DNA of 64,000 nt, taken from Octopus sinensis. Its lineage: Eukaryota. Position numbers and translations under genes: made by a program. The stretch covers positions 17,112,001 through 17,176,000 of the forward strand of contig NC_043003.1 of NCBI RefSeq assembly GCF_006345805.1, given 5' to 3'. This document shows, piece by piece, positions 23,536 through 36,993 of the stretch (position 1 is the first letter of the stretch; the number at the start of each line of letters is the position of its first letter). The notes beneath the pieces were generated by a model that searched no databases, was not told where the DNA came from, and saw nothing but the letters and a program-made list of their open reading frames with translations.

Positions 23536-24004
23536 TTCCATCAAGCTATATTGAGCACATTACTTGTAAAAATCAAACAGCTTGATTCTGCTAGTAAAAG
23601 GTTCAATAATACCAGATTAAATTTGGCGGTGAGCTGGTAGAATCGTTAGCACATCGGGAAAAATGCTTGCCGGCATTTTGTCCGTTTTTTTACATCCTGA
23701 GTTCAAATTCCACCGAGGTCAACTTTCATTCGGGGTCAATGAAATAAGTACCAGTTGATCACTTGGGTCGATGTAATTGGTTTACCCATCTTCCGAAATT
23801 GCTTGCCTTGTGCCAAAATTCGAACCATTATTACCAGATGAAACAGTGTAGTTAAGTGTTAATATTAAGATATATGATATTATGTAATATGTATTACTGA
23901 ATAAATGAGAACGTTATAGAAACGCGCGTAACACTCTATTTAAGCACTCTATTTTTGTTTCTCTACTCTCTCTCTCACTCTTTCCTCTCCCGCCCTTCTT
24001 GCCG

Positions 24005-24065
<61 letters not shown>

Positions 24066-24066
<1 letters not shown>

Positions 24067-24308
24067 TGGGTTGGTGCATAATTATTGCTGCTTTTTTTCA
24101 ACAAATTTTATTCAGTAAAAACAATAACAATATTTAACAAGAACATCTTTAAATGACGGTCTGACCGTCTGCCAAGCAAATGGGAGGCAGTAATTGAAGT
24201 AGATGGTGAATATGCTTCGGAATAATCATTTAAAGATGTTTTTTGTTACATGTTGTTATTGTTCTTGTTGAATAACATTTGTTGAAAAATAATTATGCAC
24301 CAACCCAA
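24066..24308. mobile_element. Mariner-derived MITE (about 243 bp)
   Basis: TIRs TTGGGTTGGTGCATAATTATT / AATAATTATGCACCAACCCAA, TA on both sides; internal DRLPSKWEAVIEVDGEY resembles a mariner transposase C-terminus. Confidence 0.85.
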
Positions 24309-24693
24309 TATATATATATATTTTTGGGATAATTTTCGGTTTTTAAAAGTTGGCATTTTTTTATTGCCGGCGAAAGGCTGCGGCTGCGCAGTAGATTTTG
24401 AAAAAATTAGGATGTATAAACAAGAGGCACAAAGTTTGATCGCCTCGTGTTTATACATTTAACCCAAGGTGTTCCTGCTGAGGACGATTTCACCTAATGA
24501 GTATATGTTATTTTACTTGCTAAACTAAAATCAGAAACCAATTGGTCCAGGAAACTAGATGGTAAAATGTTTTTATTTTCTCATTTCGTTCCTGTCGAAT
24601 TTTATCCCTAATTTTTTGGTTATGGAACCTAGCTGTTCATTCTAGCTTGTTGAATCCCACAAGTGGATTCCTCATGTGTTTAAATATACACTG

Positions 24694-24736
<43 letters not shown>

Positions 24737-25476
24737 TGTGTGTGTATGTATGTATGAATCTTTTTTTGTTTTTTCATTTTGATGTAGATTCTAATTCTTC
24801 GGCGAGAGAATTATACATGAGAGTTCGAATTCTTTGTAACTAATTGCGAATAACTACTTGCCTAAATATAGCTTTGCCAAATTGCTGTTACCGCCACTAG
24901 ACTATGTTGAGAAGCTAGGCAAAAACCTGGTATGTTTTGTTTAGATTTTAAGACATTCTTACTTAAAGGTTATCAGAGCGATCTATTACTTCATATTGAT
25001 ATATATGGCATCCACATTTCCCTCTCTTTCATCCTCCGAACCGATTTTAATTCTTTGTCCAAACAATTTCTATCTAAGAATTCGAATCCTTTATAACTAA
25101 TTACAAATAACTTCTCTAAATATAGCGTTGCCTACCTGGAACCATATTTCTGAAACAATGCGAAAAAGAAAGGAAATTGCGATTTTTGTCATAATTTCTC
25201 ATTCTGGCAACATCAGAAAAAGGAAAAAAGAAATATGCAAAAACATCCAGAACAAAAGAAAATTGGTTCAATTTTGAGTAGGATATCCGTTTACCGTTCA
25301 TATATATAATCTAGAAATAATGCTAGGTTAAACCACAAACGCTTGCATTCATATAAATAGTAAGTCCAAGAACAGAGGTGAGAGTATAACACCTGATCGT
25401 TCAGTACCATCGTTTCAAAAACGCATAGTTTAGACGCATCATGAATATAAACAGTTATGCAATAATATTTTGAAAT

Positions 25477-25850
25477 TTTGGCACATGCCAGCAATTTGGG
25501 GGGAGGGGGCTAGTCAATTACATCGACCCCAGTGTTCAACTGGTACTTATTTTATCGGCACCGAAAGGACCAAAGGCAAAGCCGGCCTCAGCAGAATTTG
25601 AACTCAGAACGTAAAGATGGACGAAATACCCATTTCTTTACTACCCACAAGGGGCTACACACAGAGGGGACAAACAAGGACCGGCAAACAGATTAAGTCG
25701 ATTATATCGAACCCAGTGCGTAACTGGTACTTATTTAATCGACCCCGAAAGGATGAAAGGCAAAGTCGACCTCGGTGGAATTTGAACTCAGGACGTAACG
25801 GCAGACGAAATACCACAAAGCATTTCGCCCGGCGTGCTAACGTTTCTGCC
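25477..25850 (-). mobile_element. Dimeric SINE S2
   Basis: Two S2 bodies joined at the GAAATACC/ATTTCTTTACTACCCAC junction near 25625. Confidence 0.8.
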
Positions 25851-26388
25851 GTCCAAGAATTTGGAGCTGGAGATCTCCATTTCCAGCGACTTCGAAGGCC
25901 ACCTCCCAGTGGTGTCGGGCGTCAACGAAGAGCCCTCGACTACAACAAGACGACCAAATACCGGACGAAATACCGCTAAGTATATTAGATGTGATCTATG
26001 TTCATCTGGTCAGGCGAATGTGGAAAAATAAAGAAGTTATACAAATGACACTTAGGAAGTTATGATATACTTGTTAAGATCACTGAGAAAGGAGTTTACA
26101 AATGTTTAGAGAGGAGTGAACTTTCTGATATATATGTGGTAAATAGAGCGGGGCAGCATAGAAGGTTAATGTGTTGTTATCGTTGTTGTTGTTAAGCAAC
26201 AAGACGGGTAAGGGTGATTAGGTGATGGTCCAGGGCTTAGCGGCGGGAGACTCCAGACCTTGGAAAAACAAAAACTTTGGTCGTCTTGTTGTAATCGAGG
26301 GCTCTTCGTTGACGTCCGACACCACTGGGAGGTGGCCCTCGAAGTCGCTGGAACTGGAGATCTCCAGGTCCAAATTCTTGGACGGCAC
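25848..26388. repeat. Inverted pair of a GC-rich segment of about 110 bp (25848-25958 and 26276-26388)
   Basis: GCCGTCCAAGAATTTGGA..CAAGACGACCAAA and its reverse complement, roughly 90% identical by eye. Confidence 0.85.
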
Positions 26389-27554
26389 GTTAATGCGTGT
26401 GTGTGTGTATGTGTTTGTACGTTTCTGTCTGTTTAACCCCGCCCCACCGCTTGACAATCGGTGTTAGCGTATTTACGTCTCCACAACCCAGTGGTCCGGC
26501 AAAAGACATTCATACAATAAGTACCAAGCTTAAAAAACATAAAAGTATTGGGGCCCATTCATTCGACTAAAAATCTTTTCAAGGCGTTGCCCCAGCGTAG
26601 CTGCAGTCAACATGTAAAAGTTAAAAGCAAAAAGTTATGTGGGTGTATGTTTGTGGAGATGTGTGGTCTATGAGAGTGTCAGTCTGAGCAGCATTGTGTC
26701 TGTAAGAATTTAATCTGAATATTCCTTATCAGTTTCAACTAAAAGGCAATATTTTGATATACTACATATATTGTCTCTAAATATTCTTATGCATACGTTG
26801 CAGTCAGTACACGTTTCCTACATAGTATCAGGCTGGCTCCACAGGTTTCTAACCGATAGGACATTAATGCGATGCGATGTTCGTTGGCAGCGTGCCTATA
26901 TTGGGATCAGAAAAATGTGTGAAACGTGTGCCTTTCAGCATCGCATGAAAACAGTTTTAACTAAAGTCGGGGGTCAGTTCAGCACTAATCAGATACAGAT
27001 AATGAATTTTATATGAAATGAAGTTTGCATAAATGAAGTTTATATGTGTGTGTATGTGGGTGGGTGCATGTGTTTGTTTGTGTGTATGAATATATCTACA
27101 CACACACTCACACACGCACGTATACACAAACATGCATCTCACGCATTTTCACTCACTCACATTCACACACATATATAACGGGTAAGAATATGACAGAAAA
27201 AAGATGCCTAATAAAGATTGTGGATACAAACGGTTCGTGTTTAAACCGAACCAGATATGTGATTCTCAATGTCGAACGAAGGGAGACGGAGCCCAAACAA
27301 ATAAGAGTTGGGTAGAGGTAATGTACCAGTAAATATATATACCGTTATGCTACTTATATCTGAACACTACTATAGAAATATTCCTTAAAAAAAACTTTTC
27401 TTCTAATTTTTCTAAATTGAATTATTTAATCGTTACAGTTGAAAAGGTCTCAAAATGACCGAAACCGGTACTGAAATGTTCACTATAAAATTATTTTAGC
27501 ATTTTCTATTTTTGACTTGTTTTTTCATATATATATATATATATATAGTATTTA

Positions 27555-27863
27555 TGCGCCCTTTTCAAGCCTAGCCAGGCTCATGGGTCCGGTTTCCCGG
27601 TTTCTGTGGCGCATGTGTCCTCCCACCCCCCAGCTTGACGGGACGCCAGTCCATCGCAGCGTTACTCAAGAAACAGGAAGAAAGAGTGAGAGGAAGTTGG
27701 GGCGAAAGAGTGCAACAGGGGTCGTCACCACATCCTGCCGGAGCCTCGTGGAGCTTTACGTGTTTTCGCTCAATAAACAAACACAACGCCTGGTCTGGGA
27801 ATCGACACCGCGATCCTCCGACCACGAGTCCGCTGCCCTAACCACTGGGCTATTGCGCCTCCA
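27555..27863 (-). mobile_element. SINE S3
   Basis: Homologous to 8355-8671 over the full length. Confidence 0.85.
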
Positions 27864-27874
27864 CACACACGCAC

Positions 27875-27920
<46 letters not shown>

Positions 27921-28286
27921 GTACGTATGTATGTCTGTATGCATGTATGTGTATCATATATATATATATATGTACATGTATGTATGTATGTATGTATGTA
28001 TGTATGTATGTATGTATGCATGAGATGTATCGCTTTAACTCAATTAAAATGTAAACCTCCTGTGGTACTTATTATCGATGGCTCCCATTTCCTTAATATG
28101 TGTACAAGGCTTGTGAATCTCTTCAAACGGTTGATATGAGTTGTTTCGTCTTAGTATAAAATGAAATTAAATAACTCAATAGGGAATCGAACCTCTATCG
28201 CAAATTCCGGCTTGTTGGGAGTCTATCACCACTCACTGTGAGTCTTTTTGTGTGAATGTATGCGAGTGATATAGGCGCATAAAAGT

Positions 28287-28517
28287 GGCGGCGAGCCGGC
28301 AGAAACCTTAGCACGCCGGGCGAAATGCGTAGCCTTATTTCGTCTGCCGTTACGTTCTGAGTTCAAATTCTGCCGAGGTCGACTTTGAAATTCATCCTTC
28401 TGGGATAGATAAATTAAGTACCAGTTACGCACTGGGGTCGATATAATCGACTTAATCTGTTTGTCTGTCCTTGTTTGTCCCCTCTGTGCTTAGCCCCTTG
28501 TGGGTAGTAAAGAAATA
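28287..28517 (+). mobile_element. SINE S2 monomer
   Basis: GGCGGCGAGCCGGCAG head through GTAGTAAAGAAATA tail. Confidence 0.85.
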
Positions 28518-28914
28518 TATATGGCGTATAAAAGCTATAAAATAGGAGGAACCCCTCAAGTTTTATTATTTATTCACTTATTTTATTTTATTATTTTTTT
28601 CACTGAAACATATCTAAAAATCGGAGAAAGAAGATGCGTGCTGTTAAACCAAGCCCTCCGTTTCTGGCGTATGGTATGCAAATGAGTATATATTCCTTTA
28701 ATGGTTGGAGCTGATGGACTGCGGCTATGGTGAAGCACCGCATTATAAAAGTATTACTTCTCAACCCTGTTGGGACTCAAATCCACAATCTCTAGATTTG
28801 AAGTCCTGCGCGCTATACTTTGCGATACAGTTACTTGACTGTATGGTCATAATATCTCCGGAGTTTATAAGCAGCATAACTGAAACGCTTTATCTTTCAA
28901 TTACTTTTTTACAA

Positions 28915-29320
28915 GCGCAGGAGTGGCTGTGTGGTAAGTAGCTTGTTTATCAGCCACATGGTTCCGGGTTCAGTCCCACTGCGTGGCACCTTGGGCAAGT
29001 GTCTTCTACTATAGCCTCGGGCCGACCAAAGCTTTGTGAGTGGATTTGGTAGACGGAAACTGAAAAAAGCCCGTCTTATATATGTATATATATATATATA
29101 TGCGTGTGTGTGTTTGTGTGTCTGTGTTTGTCCCCCTAGCATTGCTTGACAACCGATGCTGGTGTGTTTATGTCCCCGTTACTTAGCGGTTCGGCAAACG
29201 AGACCGATAGAATAAGTACTGGGCTTACAAAAGAATAAGTCCCGGGGTCGAGTTGCTCGATTAAAGGCGGTGCTCCAGCATGGCCGCAGTCAAATGACTG
29301 AAACAAGTAAAAGAGAGTAA
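28915..29320 (+). mobile_element. SINE S1, full length
   Basis: Matches the S1 consensus. Confidence 0.85.
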
Positions 29321-29734
29321 ACTAAGTCGGTTTGCTGACTCCGTTTATCGGAGGTATTCTTTCTTACTCCACGTCGATCCATATCAGTAAATTAAAGTAG
29401 ATTATCTATTGTGAATACGATAACTTTCCAGACCTGTGTAGTCATGAGAAAGATCTCTTGTCTGTTTGTCACCAGTCATACTGAATGTAATTTCTTTCTA
29501 TTCTAGTTAAATAATCCAGAACACTGATCGAACTGACGTATGATGTAAAGCAATCCAGTTGTGGCCATTCCAATGATTTTATATATGTAGAACTATCTTG
29601 CCCGTATAAAATTTTCTAAGGCAGCAAAGCGTGATATGAGAGAATTTGGTAACTATTAGTTATAGGGCTGAGCGGATAGAGCTTCTCTCGTTTGGATTTT
29701 TGATAAACTACTATAGACAGAAATTTGGCCCGTA

Positions 29735-29972
29735 AAAAGCACCAACCGATCGTGGCCGTTGCCAGCCTCGTCTGGCACCTGTGCGGGTGGCACGTAAAAA
29801 GCACCCAATACACTCACGGAGTGGTTGGCGTTAGGAAGGGCATCCAGCTGTAGAAACACTGCCAGATCAGACTGGAGCCTGGTGCAGCCTCCTGGCTCCC
29901 AGATCCCGGTCGAACCGTCCAACCCATGCTAGCATGGAAAACGGACGTTAAACGACGATGTTGATAATGATG
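29735..29972 (+). mobile_element. 3' portion of a retroposon with an RTE-like (GAT)n tail
   Basis: GC-rich block with GGAGTGGTTGGCGTTAGGAAGGGCATCCAGCTGTAGAAAC, ending AAACGACGATGTTGATAATGATGA; family assignment from memory only. Confidence 0.5.
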
Positions 29973-30376
29973 AGTTTCATCTGCAAATATTAATCAAGTC
30001 TAGTCCTTACCTGCTCATGAATTACAACCTTATTATTTGACGATGTGGTTGTTATTGTATATCGGGGTAAGTGTACAGAAGCAGTGATAGGTTTACCAAT
30101 TGCTGAAGGCACATCAACATGTCTTATTTTAGAATAAGTGATCACTAGAATAACATGCAGACAATTTCAAACAGGTATTCGTTTATTCTTTTATTTGTTT
30201 CAGTCATTGAAATGTGGCCATGCTCGGACACCGGTTTGAGCTTGACGGATTATCGAACAAATCAACGCGAATACAGATTTTAGCGAACTGCTAGAATATG
30301 GGGAAACAAACATACCAAGACCGGTTGTGAAGCAATAGGGGACACAAAAAAACACAAAGGTACACACACATGCGCG

Positions 30377-30407
<31 letters not shown>

Positions 30408-30812
30408 TGTGTCTTTCTCTCTTTCTCTCTGTCTTTCTCTCTCTCTGTCTTTCTCTCTCTCTCTGTCTTTCTCTCTCTCTGTCTTTCTCTCTCTGTCTGT
30501 CTTTCTCTCTCTGTCTGTCTTTCTCTCTCTCTCTCTCTCCCTCACGCACACACATACACGACGAGCTTTCACCTAATTTCTATGTACCAAATTCATTCAC
30601 AAAGTATAGATCGGCTCTGGGTTATAGTTGACGACTTTGACCCAAATGCCCCACAATGGGACTGAACCTTAAACTAAATTATTACTCAGTGCTCTCTGTT
30701 GCACCTTGTTCTCTGTGGCACAAAAGTCCTCCTATATCCCTCATACCATAAAGTCACCATCCATAAACGAATAACGTTCAAAGAGGCAATTTTGAAAAGC
30801 TATTTATTGGTG

Positions 30813-31190
30813 ACTAGCACTATGACCCAACAACGCCGGGTCATAGTGCTAGTGCATGCATATACAGCTGCGTGCGTGCGCACATACACGCGAATACTGT
30901 CCAAATCTCCGACCCATTACATACAGCTAGCTGGCATTCAATTGGCGTATCAAGTTTCGGGCATTTTGATTGGGTTTTGGATAGAAAATTCACAAAAAAG
31001 TCACTTCTATTGATTTTTTAATGGTTTTGCGGGGTGACTGGGGAAATGTAAAGATGTGCATGACCACTCTTGGACGGTTATGAATGACCATAGAAAATGC
31101 GAGCCCTCTAACTGAAAAATGGTGGATTTGTATAAAGGACACACACACACACACACAGACAGACATTTTGCCGTTTATATATATAGAGAT
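30813..31190 (+). mobile_element. Helentron-associated non-autonomous element with a perfect 5' hairpin
   Basis: ACTAGCACTATGACCC (30813-30828) / GGGTCATAGTGCTAGT (30838-30853); 3' CAGACAGAC..CCGTTTATATATATAGAGAT. Confidence 0.65.
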
Positions 31191-32388
31191 ATGTGCTATA
31201 ACATTCACACCAATTGGACATTAACAGGTTTTATTACAACATAATTGGTTGTCAGAAGATATCGCTATCTTTAATATACTTCGTAATTCTCACTAGCCTC
31301 TGCATTATAACAAAAGTGCACCTTCAAAGTGCGAGGCGATATAACTATCCTAGATAGGTTATTCTTTTTATCTATGTTTTTGGCGCTATTATCCAACGTA
31401 TGAGATAATATGCTATATTTATGCTTTTGTAGTATTTCCAATAACAATCTCTTCTGAGATAACTTTCTTGATTAGAAAACCACCTATTCTTCTACGCTTA
31501 CGCCCTACTGTGATCTGAACTCTATTTCGTAAAGGTCGAATTTGCCGTTCATCCTCCTAAGTACCAGTCATACACTAAAGGTTTATTCATTCGAGTATTT
31601 TCGTTCTCTAAACAAATACGTTTCTTACGGCAAAGATTGAAATCATTACAGAACCGTCTCGATTTTCTTCTTTTTCTTTTTTTAGTGTGCGTTGAGATAA
31701 AATACGAGGTGGTATCAAAAGTTTCTCAGACTAGTTCTGTAGTGCGCCAACAGATGGCACCACACGGTTGCATGCGTACAACGAAAATAAACTTTATTTT
31801 TATCATTCATCTGTTACTTGTTTGCAGTCATTAGACTGTCTCTATGCTGAAGGCACTGCCTTGAAAGTATTTTTACTGCGACAAATTGTCCTTGGTCCTT
31901 ATTTTTTTAAAAAACCCTGTAACTAATTCTGTCTCTCTATTTTGTCGAACAGCTAAGTTACAAGGACGTAAACACAACAGCATTGATTGTCAGGAAGTGT
32001 GACAGAACAGACACAACTTCAAAGAACTCTCTCTCTCACACACACAAGTATGCACACAAACACATACACACACATACGTATACATACATACATACATACA
32101 TACACACAAACACACATGTATGTATATATGTATATAGGTATATATGTATCCTTTTATTATTTTATTTGTTTCAGTCATTTGACTGAGGCCATGCTGGAGC
32201 ACCGCCTTCAGTCGAACACGTCAACCCCAGGAATTATTCTTCATAAACCTAGTACTTATTCTATCGGCGTGTTTTGCCGAACCGCTAGGTTACGGGGACG
32301 TAAACACACCAACATCGGTTGTCAAGCGATAGTTGGGAGGGACAAACACAAACACACAGACATATACATACATACATACACACACATG

Positions 32389-32420
<32 letters not shown>

Positions 32421-32881
32421 ATATATAAATTATATATATATATATATATAATATATACATACATACACACACACATACACACACACACACACATACACAC
32501 ACATATATATATATATACAATAAATAATAGAGGGATGGCATATGTGAACTCACACAAAGTTTAGAAAATTCTCAACAGATATAACATATTTTATTCTTCA
32601 ACACGGTTCAGTCATTTGACTGCGGTCATACTGGATCACCACCTTAAATATCCAGGAAATATAAAACTGATTAAGCGGAATTTAAACTTTAAAACATTAT
32701 CTTAAAAGCATTTGATTATGTGTACGTGTGATTCGACCTAATTTTAATCATCTCCATATTTATTGACATAAACTGTATTTAATAACGCGGCAAATATTTT
32801 TATTACTTCCGGTCCAAAAAGTTTAGGTTGGTTTTGAGAGTTATTTTACTTGAATAACAGATGCTGATATATTCCGTACAA

Positions 32882-32882
32882 A

Positions 32883-32917
<35 letters not shown>

Positions 32918-32928
32918 TAATAATAATA

Positions 32929-32965
<37 letters not shown>

Positions 32966-32972
32966 CAATAAC

Positions 32973-33034
<62 letters not shown>

Positions 33035-33035
33035 T
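32882..33035. repeat. (AAT)n microsatellite
   Basis: About 150 bp of AAT with occasional AAC/AGT. Confidence 0.95.
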
Positions 33036-33359
33036 AGGATTAATATACGCATATGTGAACAGAAGCTTCCTCAAAGAATGCGGTGAGGCAATAAGTGATG
33101 TGTGATTAGATTGTTTTAAGAAAAAGTAACAAACAAACCCCACAGAAAAGCGCTTTGCGTTTTTAATGTTTTCTATTAACAAACCAAATGATTGTTTGCA
33201 TAATATAGTTTGCATAACACGTAGCATCTGTAAATGTTGCTATTATTGTTACTGTTGATAGCTATATGGGAATATTTGCTTCTTGGAGCCTAACGTCCAT
33301 AAATACGATCCATCATTATTTGAGACTTATTAGTATAGTAGCGTGTGTGTGTATCATAA

Positions 33360-33376
33360 ATACATACATACATACA

Positions 33377-33412
<36 letters not shown>

Positions 33413-33459
33413 TATATATACGCATGTATGTATGTATATCTATATATGTATATATATAA

Positions 33460-33549
<90 letters not shown>

Positions 33550-33558
33550 GTATACATA

Positions 33559-33603
<45 letters not shown>
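33360..33603. repeat. (TACA)n/(TA)n compound microsatellite
   Basis: Direct reading. Confidence 0.95.
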
Positions 33604-33605
<2 letters not shown>

Positions 33606-34009
33606 TATAAGAATGGCGATAAAGAGACATTGTGAAAATTTTATGAAGCCTAACTGTTAGAGTAGTTATATCTAATGTTTTATTAGAAGCGATCTTAAAT
33701 ACGTAGGTATAACAGTAAAAAATATAGCATTATTATTTTAAAAAATTAACCATGTTCTCTACAAAGAAGAGTCTTTTATCAGCTAAAGCACGAGGAAGAT
33801 ACATGGGGAGAGAGAGATGGGGAGACAGAGATAGATACTGATTGCATAAACGTACGTCCATACATGACTCAAACGAAATATATATTTAGTCATCATTACT
33901 TTTATTATATTTTTCTGATTAAAGCAGCCTGCTTTAGGTATGAACCATTGCTCAACTGTCTTCAAGGGGCATCAGACGCACGCACATACATATATACAAG
34001 AAAATATTG

Positions 34010-34157
34010 CATTATTTACATTTGACGGACATTTCTCCTCATGTTGTTTGTTGGTAACACAATGTTTCGGCTGATATACCCTCAAGCCTTCATCAAGATG
34101 AGGACAAACATCTGTCAAATGTAAATAATGTACATAATTCCTCATCTCTTAAATATA
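34010..34157. mobile_element. Fold-back Penelope-type fragment with a truncated hammerhead (34056-34096, minus strand), same family as 37.0 kb
   Basis: Arms 34010-34047/34094-34131 are inverted; between them the minus strand reads TTGATGA-a-ggct..agcc-GAAA-ca-TT-gtgtt. Confidence 0.65.
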
Positions 34158-34849
34158 GAGAAGAAAATATTGGTTTCAAATTTTGGTACAAGGACAGTAA
34201 TTTCGAGGAAGTGTGTAAGTCGATTACATTAACCGTAAAATTCAATAACATTACCTTCCGCAGGAGCCGCATGGAGCTTAGGTGTTTCGCTCATAAACAC
34301 ACACGTTGCCCGGTCTGAGATTCGAACCCGCGATCCCTCGACCGCGAGTCCGCTGCTCTAACCACTAGGCTATGTGTCTCTACATTAAATAAACTTGAAC
34401 CAATTCAATTCACTTTATGTACGTATTCTTAGACATGTATGAAATCCACATTTTAGTTATTATTAAGTTTTAATTAAGCTCTCAAATTTAAAACCAGAAT
34501 TTGCCCTTCATTCAGTTTTGTAGGTTCAGCTTCCAACGCAGGGTGTTTTTAATTTAATTTACTTTTTCTAGCTGTGCCAATTAAAAAAATCTGTACGGAG
34601 GCTGTATTTGATTATAAGCAGGCATTTTCAATAAATAACATCTATGCTTTATCATATTTAATTGACAGTATCTGATAATGCAATACTGACGTTAAAACGT
34701 AAAAATATTGTTACTATAACAGTGATTCTGTGCGACTACTTGCAGACAAGCTGTATGCAGCAAATTCTAGAATGTAAACGATCAGCATAAATTCTAGCAT
34801 ACAAAGGACTGGCCTCGTGTGTAGCTTTGATTTTAAGTTACAAACTTGT

Positions 34850-35450
34850 TCCTGCAAATGTCAGTCAATTCGATACTTCTTTGAGGAACTTATTGATAAA
34901 GGTCACCAAGATACCCCAACAGAAGCTCAATTAATTTGCTTCGGTAGCAGACAATCAAGACTCTTCTTGGAGCTTTCGTATCCTGAAGTTTATATATCTC
35001 AATCTCAAAGATAACGCTATTTATAAAGAGAGCTTTAGGGACAATACGTCTTTCAAATTTCTTCCAGCCACACTGCATACTTGTTTAAACTTCTTTTCCT
35101 CATTCCAGATTTTTCTTCTGAATGAAGACTTTTCATTCCAAGAAAAAGTCTTTAGGATCCTCTTTCTATTTATTTTTGAGTGTCCTTATCTTTCTGTAGT
35201 TGGTTTCGACTGTTTTTCTAGTTAAATATTTTCCTCAGGTTACGCTTCTGGTGATGACAGATTTTCTCACCGGCAGCTTTTAACTCCTGTTTTAGGTACT
35301 AACTATATATTCAAATATTCTTTCTTTTCTTTTTTTTTAACTAACTCCGTACAATTCTTTTAATTTGTTTTTTGTTCTTGTTGCTGATGAGAAGTGTAGT
35401 TATTTGTTTACATGTGATAAGTACCACTATCTAACTCTTCGCCTTCTGGG
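34850..35450 (-). mobile_element. Highly decayed R4/Dong-like LINE, pre-RT region
   Basis: Across frameshifts: KEDPKDFF..KIWNEEKKF..YAVWLEEI..KAPRR, resembling F..DPK.FY / FW..IW / A.WL / KAPGPD. Confidence 0.4.
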
Positions 35451-36180
35451 ATCAAGTTTTCTGTGATTCAATTTTCCCATTTTTAAAAATCATGCTGGTA
35501 ATATTTACGTCGGTTTATCTTCGCTTATTTCTGTAGTATCTCCAATATATTATTTAGCAGATATAGAAAAAACATATAAACATACTTTCCATTGGCACAA
35601 TAATGCTTAATCACTATATCAGACTTCTTTTCAATAACCGTAGTATTGTCAGCATCAACTCTGTAGGCTTCTTATCAGTACTAGTCAAATATGATCTGTC
35701 TTCTAGTGGAGAGTTTAAAAAGAAACAATCTTCTTTGAAATATTTCATTAAAATTATATGTCAAATATTTCTATTCTGCGATCTTCAGTTTTATCTCTTA
35801 TCTCTTATCTTAATATACTCACTTAGAACATGGTTGGGTTAAAATAGCGACGCATAACATATTTCATGTATATACAAACATAGAATGGTACTAGTTTTAC
35901 TAGTTTTAATATTTTGTTTCAGAGTAACTGCTCTTAAGTCTGTTAACAATCCAGATCTTGCTCAGAAGGTTACTGGAGAATCATCAAACACCGGTGTGTC
36001 GGTCTGATTTCATCCCCTCAGTGACGAACACACCCGGACACTCACCCACTAAAAAAATCAGTAAACAAGACATTCAGTAATTTGTGTGAAAGCTGGCCAG
36101 GCAAAACACAAATTAATATATGCACCAGAAACGACATTAGAATAACATACCAATGTGCATATTAACTCTAATATATATGT

Positions 36181-36563
36181 GTGGAAGCACTCCGTCGGTT
36201 ACGACGATGAGGGTTCCGGTTGATCCGATCAACGGAACAGCCTGCTCGTGAAATTAACGTGTAAGTGGCTGAGCACTCCACAGACACGTGTACCCTTAAC
36301 GTAGTTCTCGGGGATATTCAGCGTGACACAGAGAGTGACAAGGCCGGCCCCTTGAAATACAGGTACAACAGAAACAGGAAGTAAGAGTGAGAGAAAGTTG
36401 TGGTGAAAGAGTACAGCAGGGATCACCACCATCCCTGCCGGAGCCTCGTCGAGATTTAGGTGTTTTCGCTCAATAAACACTCACAACGCCCGGTCTGGGA
36501 ATCGAAACCGCGATCCTACGACCACGAGTCCGCTGCCCTAACCACTGGGCCATTGCGCCTCCA
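36181..36563 (-). mobile_element. SINE S3, long-tail variant
   Basis: Same head and middle as the other S3 copies but a different 3' half; TSD AATATATATGT at 36170-36180 and 36563-36573 (low complexity). Confidence 0.85.
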
Positions 36564-36770
36564 ATATATATGTAAATGTTGAACGAAATTAGTTGTAATA
36601 TTCTGTCTCGGTATGTGTTCTGGAATCCGATCGTTTGCTATTATTTGTACACGTCACTTGTTTGTGTGAATAACACCACAACCATTAACCTTTGCTTTGC
36701 GTTATGCAATTCTTGCTTGTTGACATAAATGATTTGTGGGGAAAACTCTGCAACTCTACATAAAGTTAAA

Positions 36771-36934
36771 TCTTCAGTTCTATATTTAAGAGATGAGGAA
36801 TTATGTACATTATTTACATTATTTTTTGACGGATATTTGTCCTCAGCTTGTTTGTTGCACACAGGCAAATGGCGTAGTGGTTAATAGCGCGGGATACTAA
36901 CCCCAAGATTTCGAGTTCGATTGCAGGCAGTGAG

Positions 36935-36993
<59 letters not shown>

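Noticed and set aside
36864-36935. Genuine tRNA gene, and similarly at the other SINE heads
   Set aside because: A and B boxes are present but the acceptor stem and cloverleaf do not close, and each head runs into a repeat body; these are tRNA-derived promoters, not tRNA genes.
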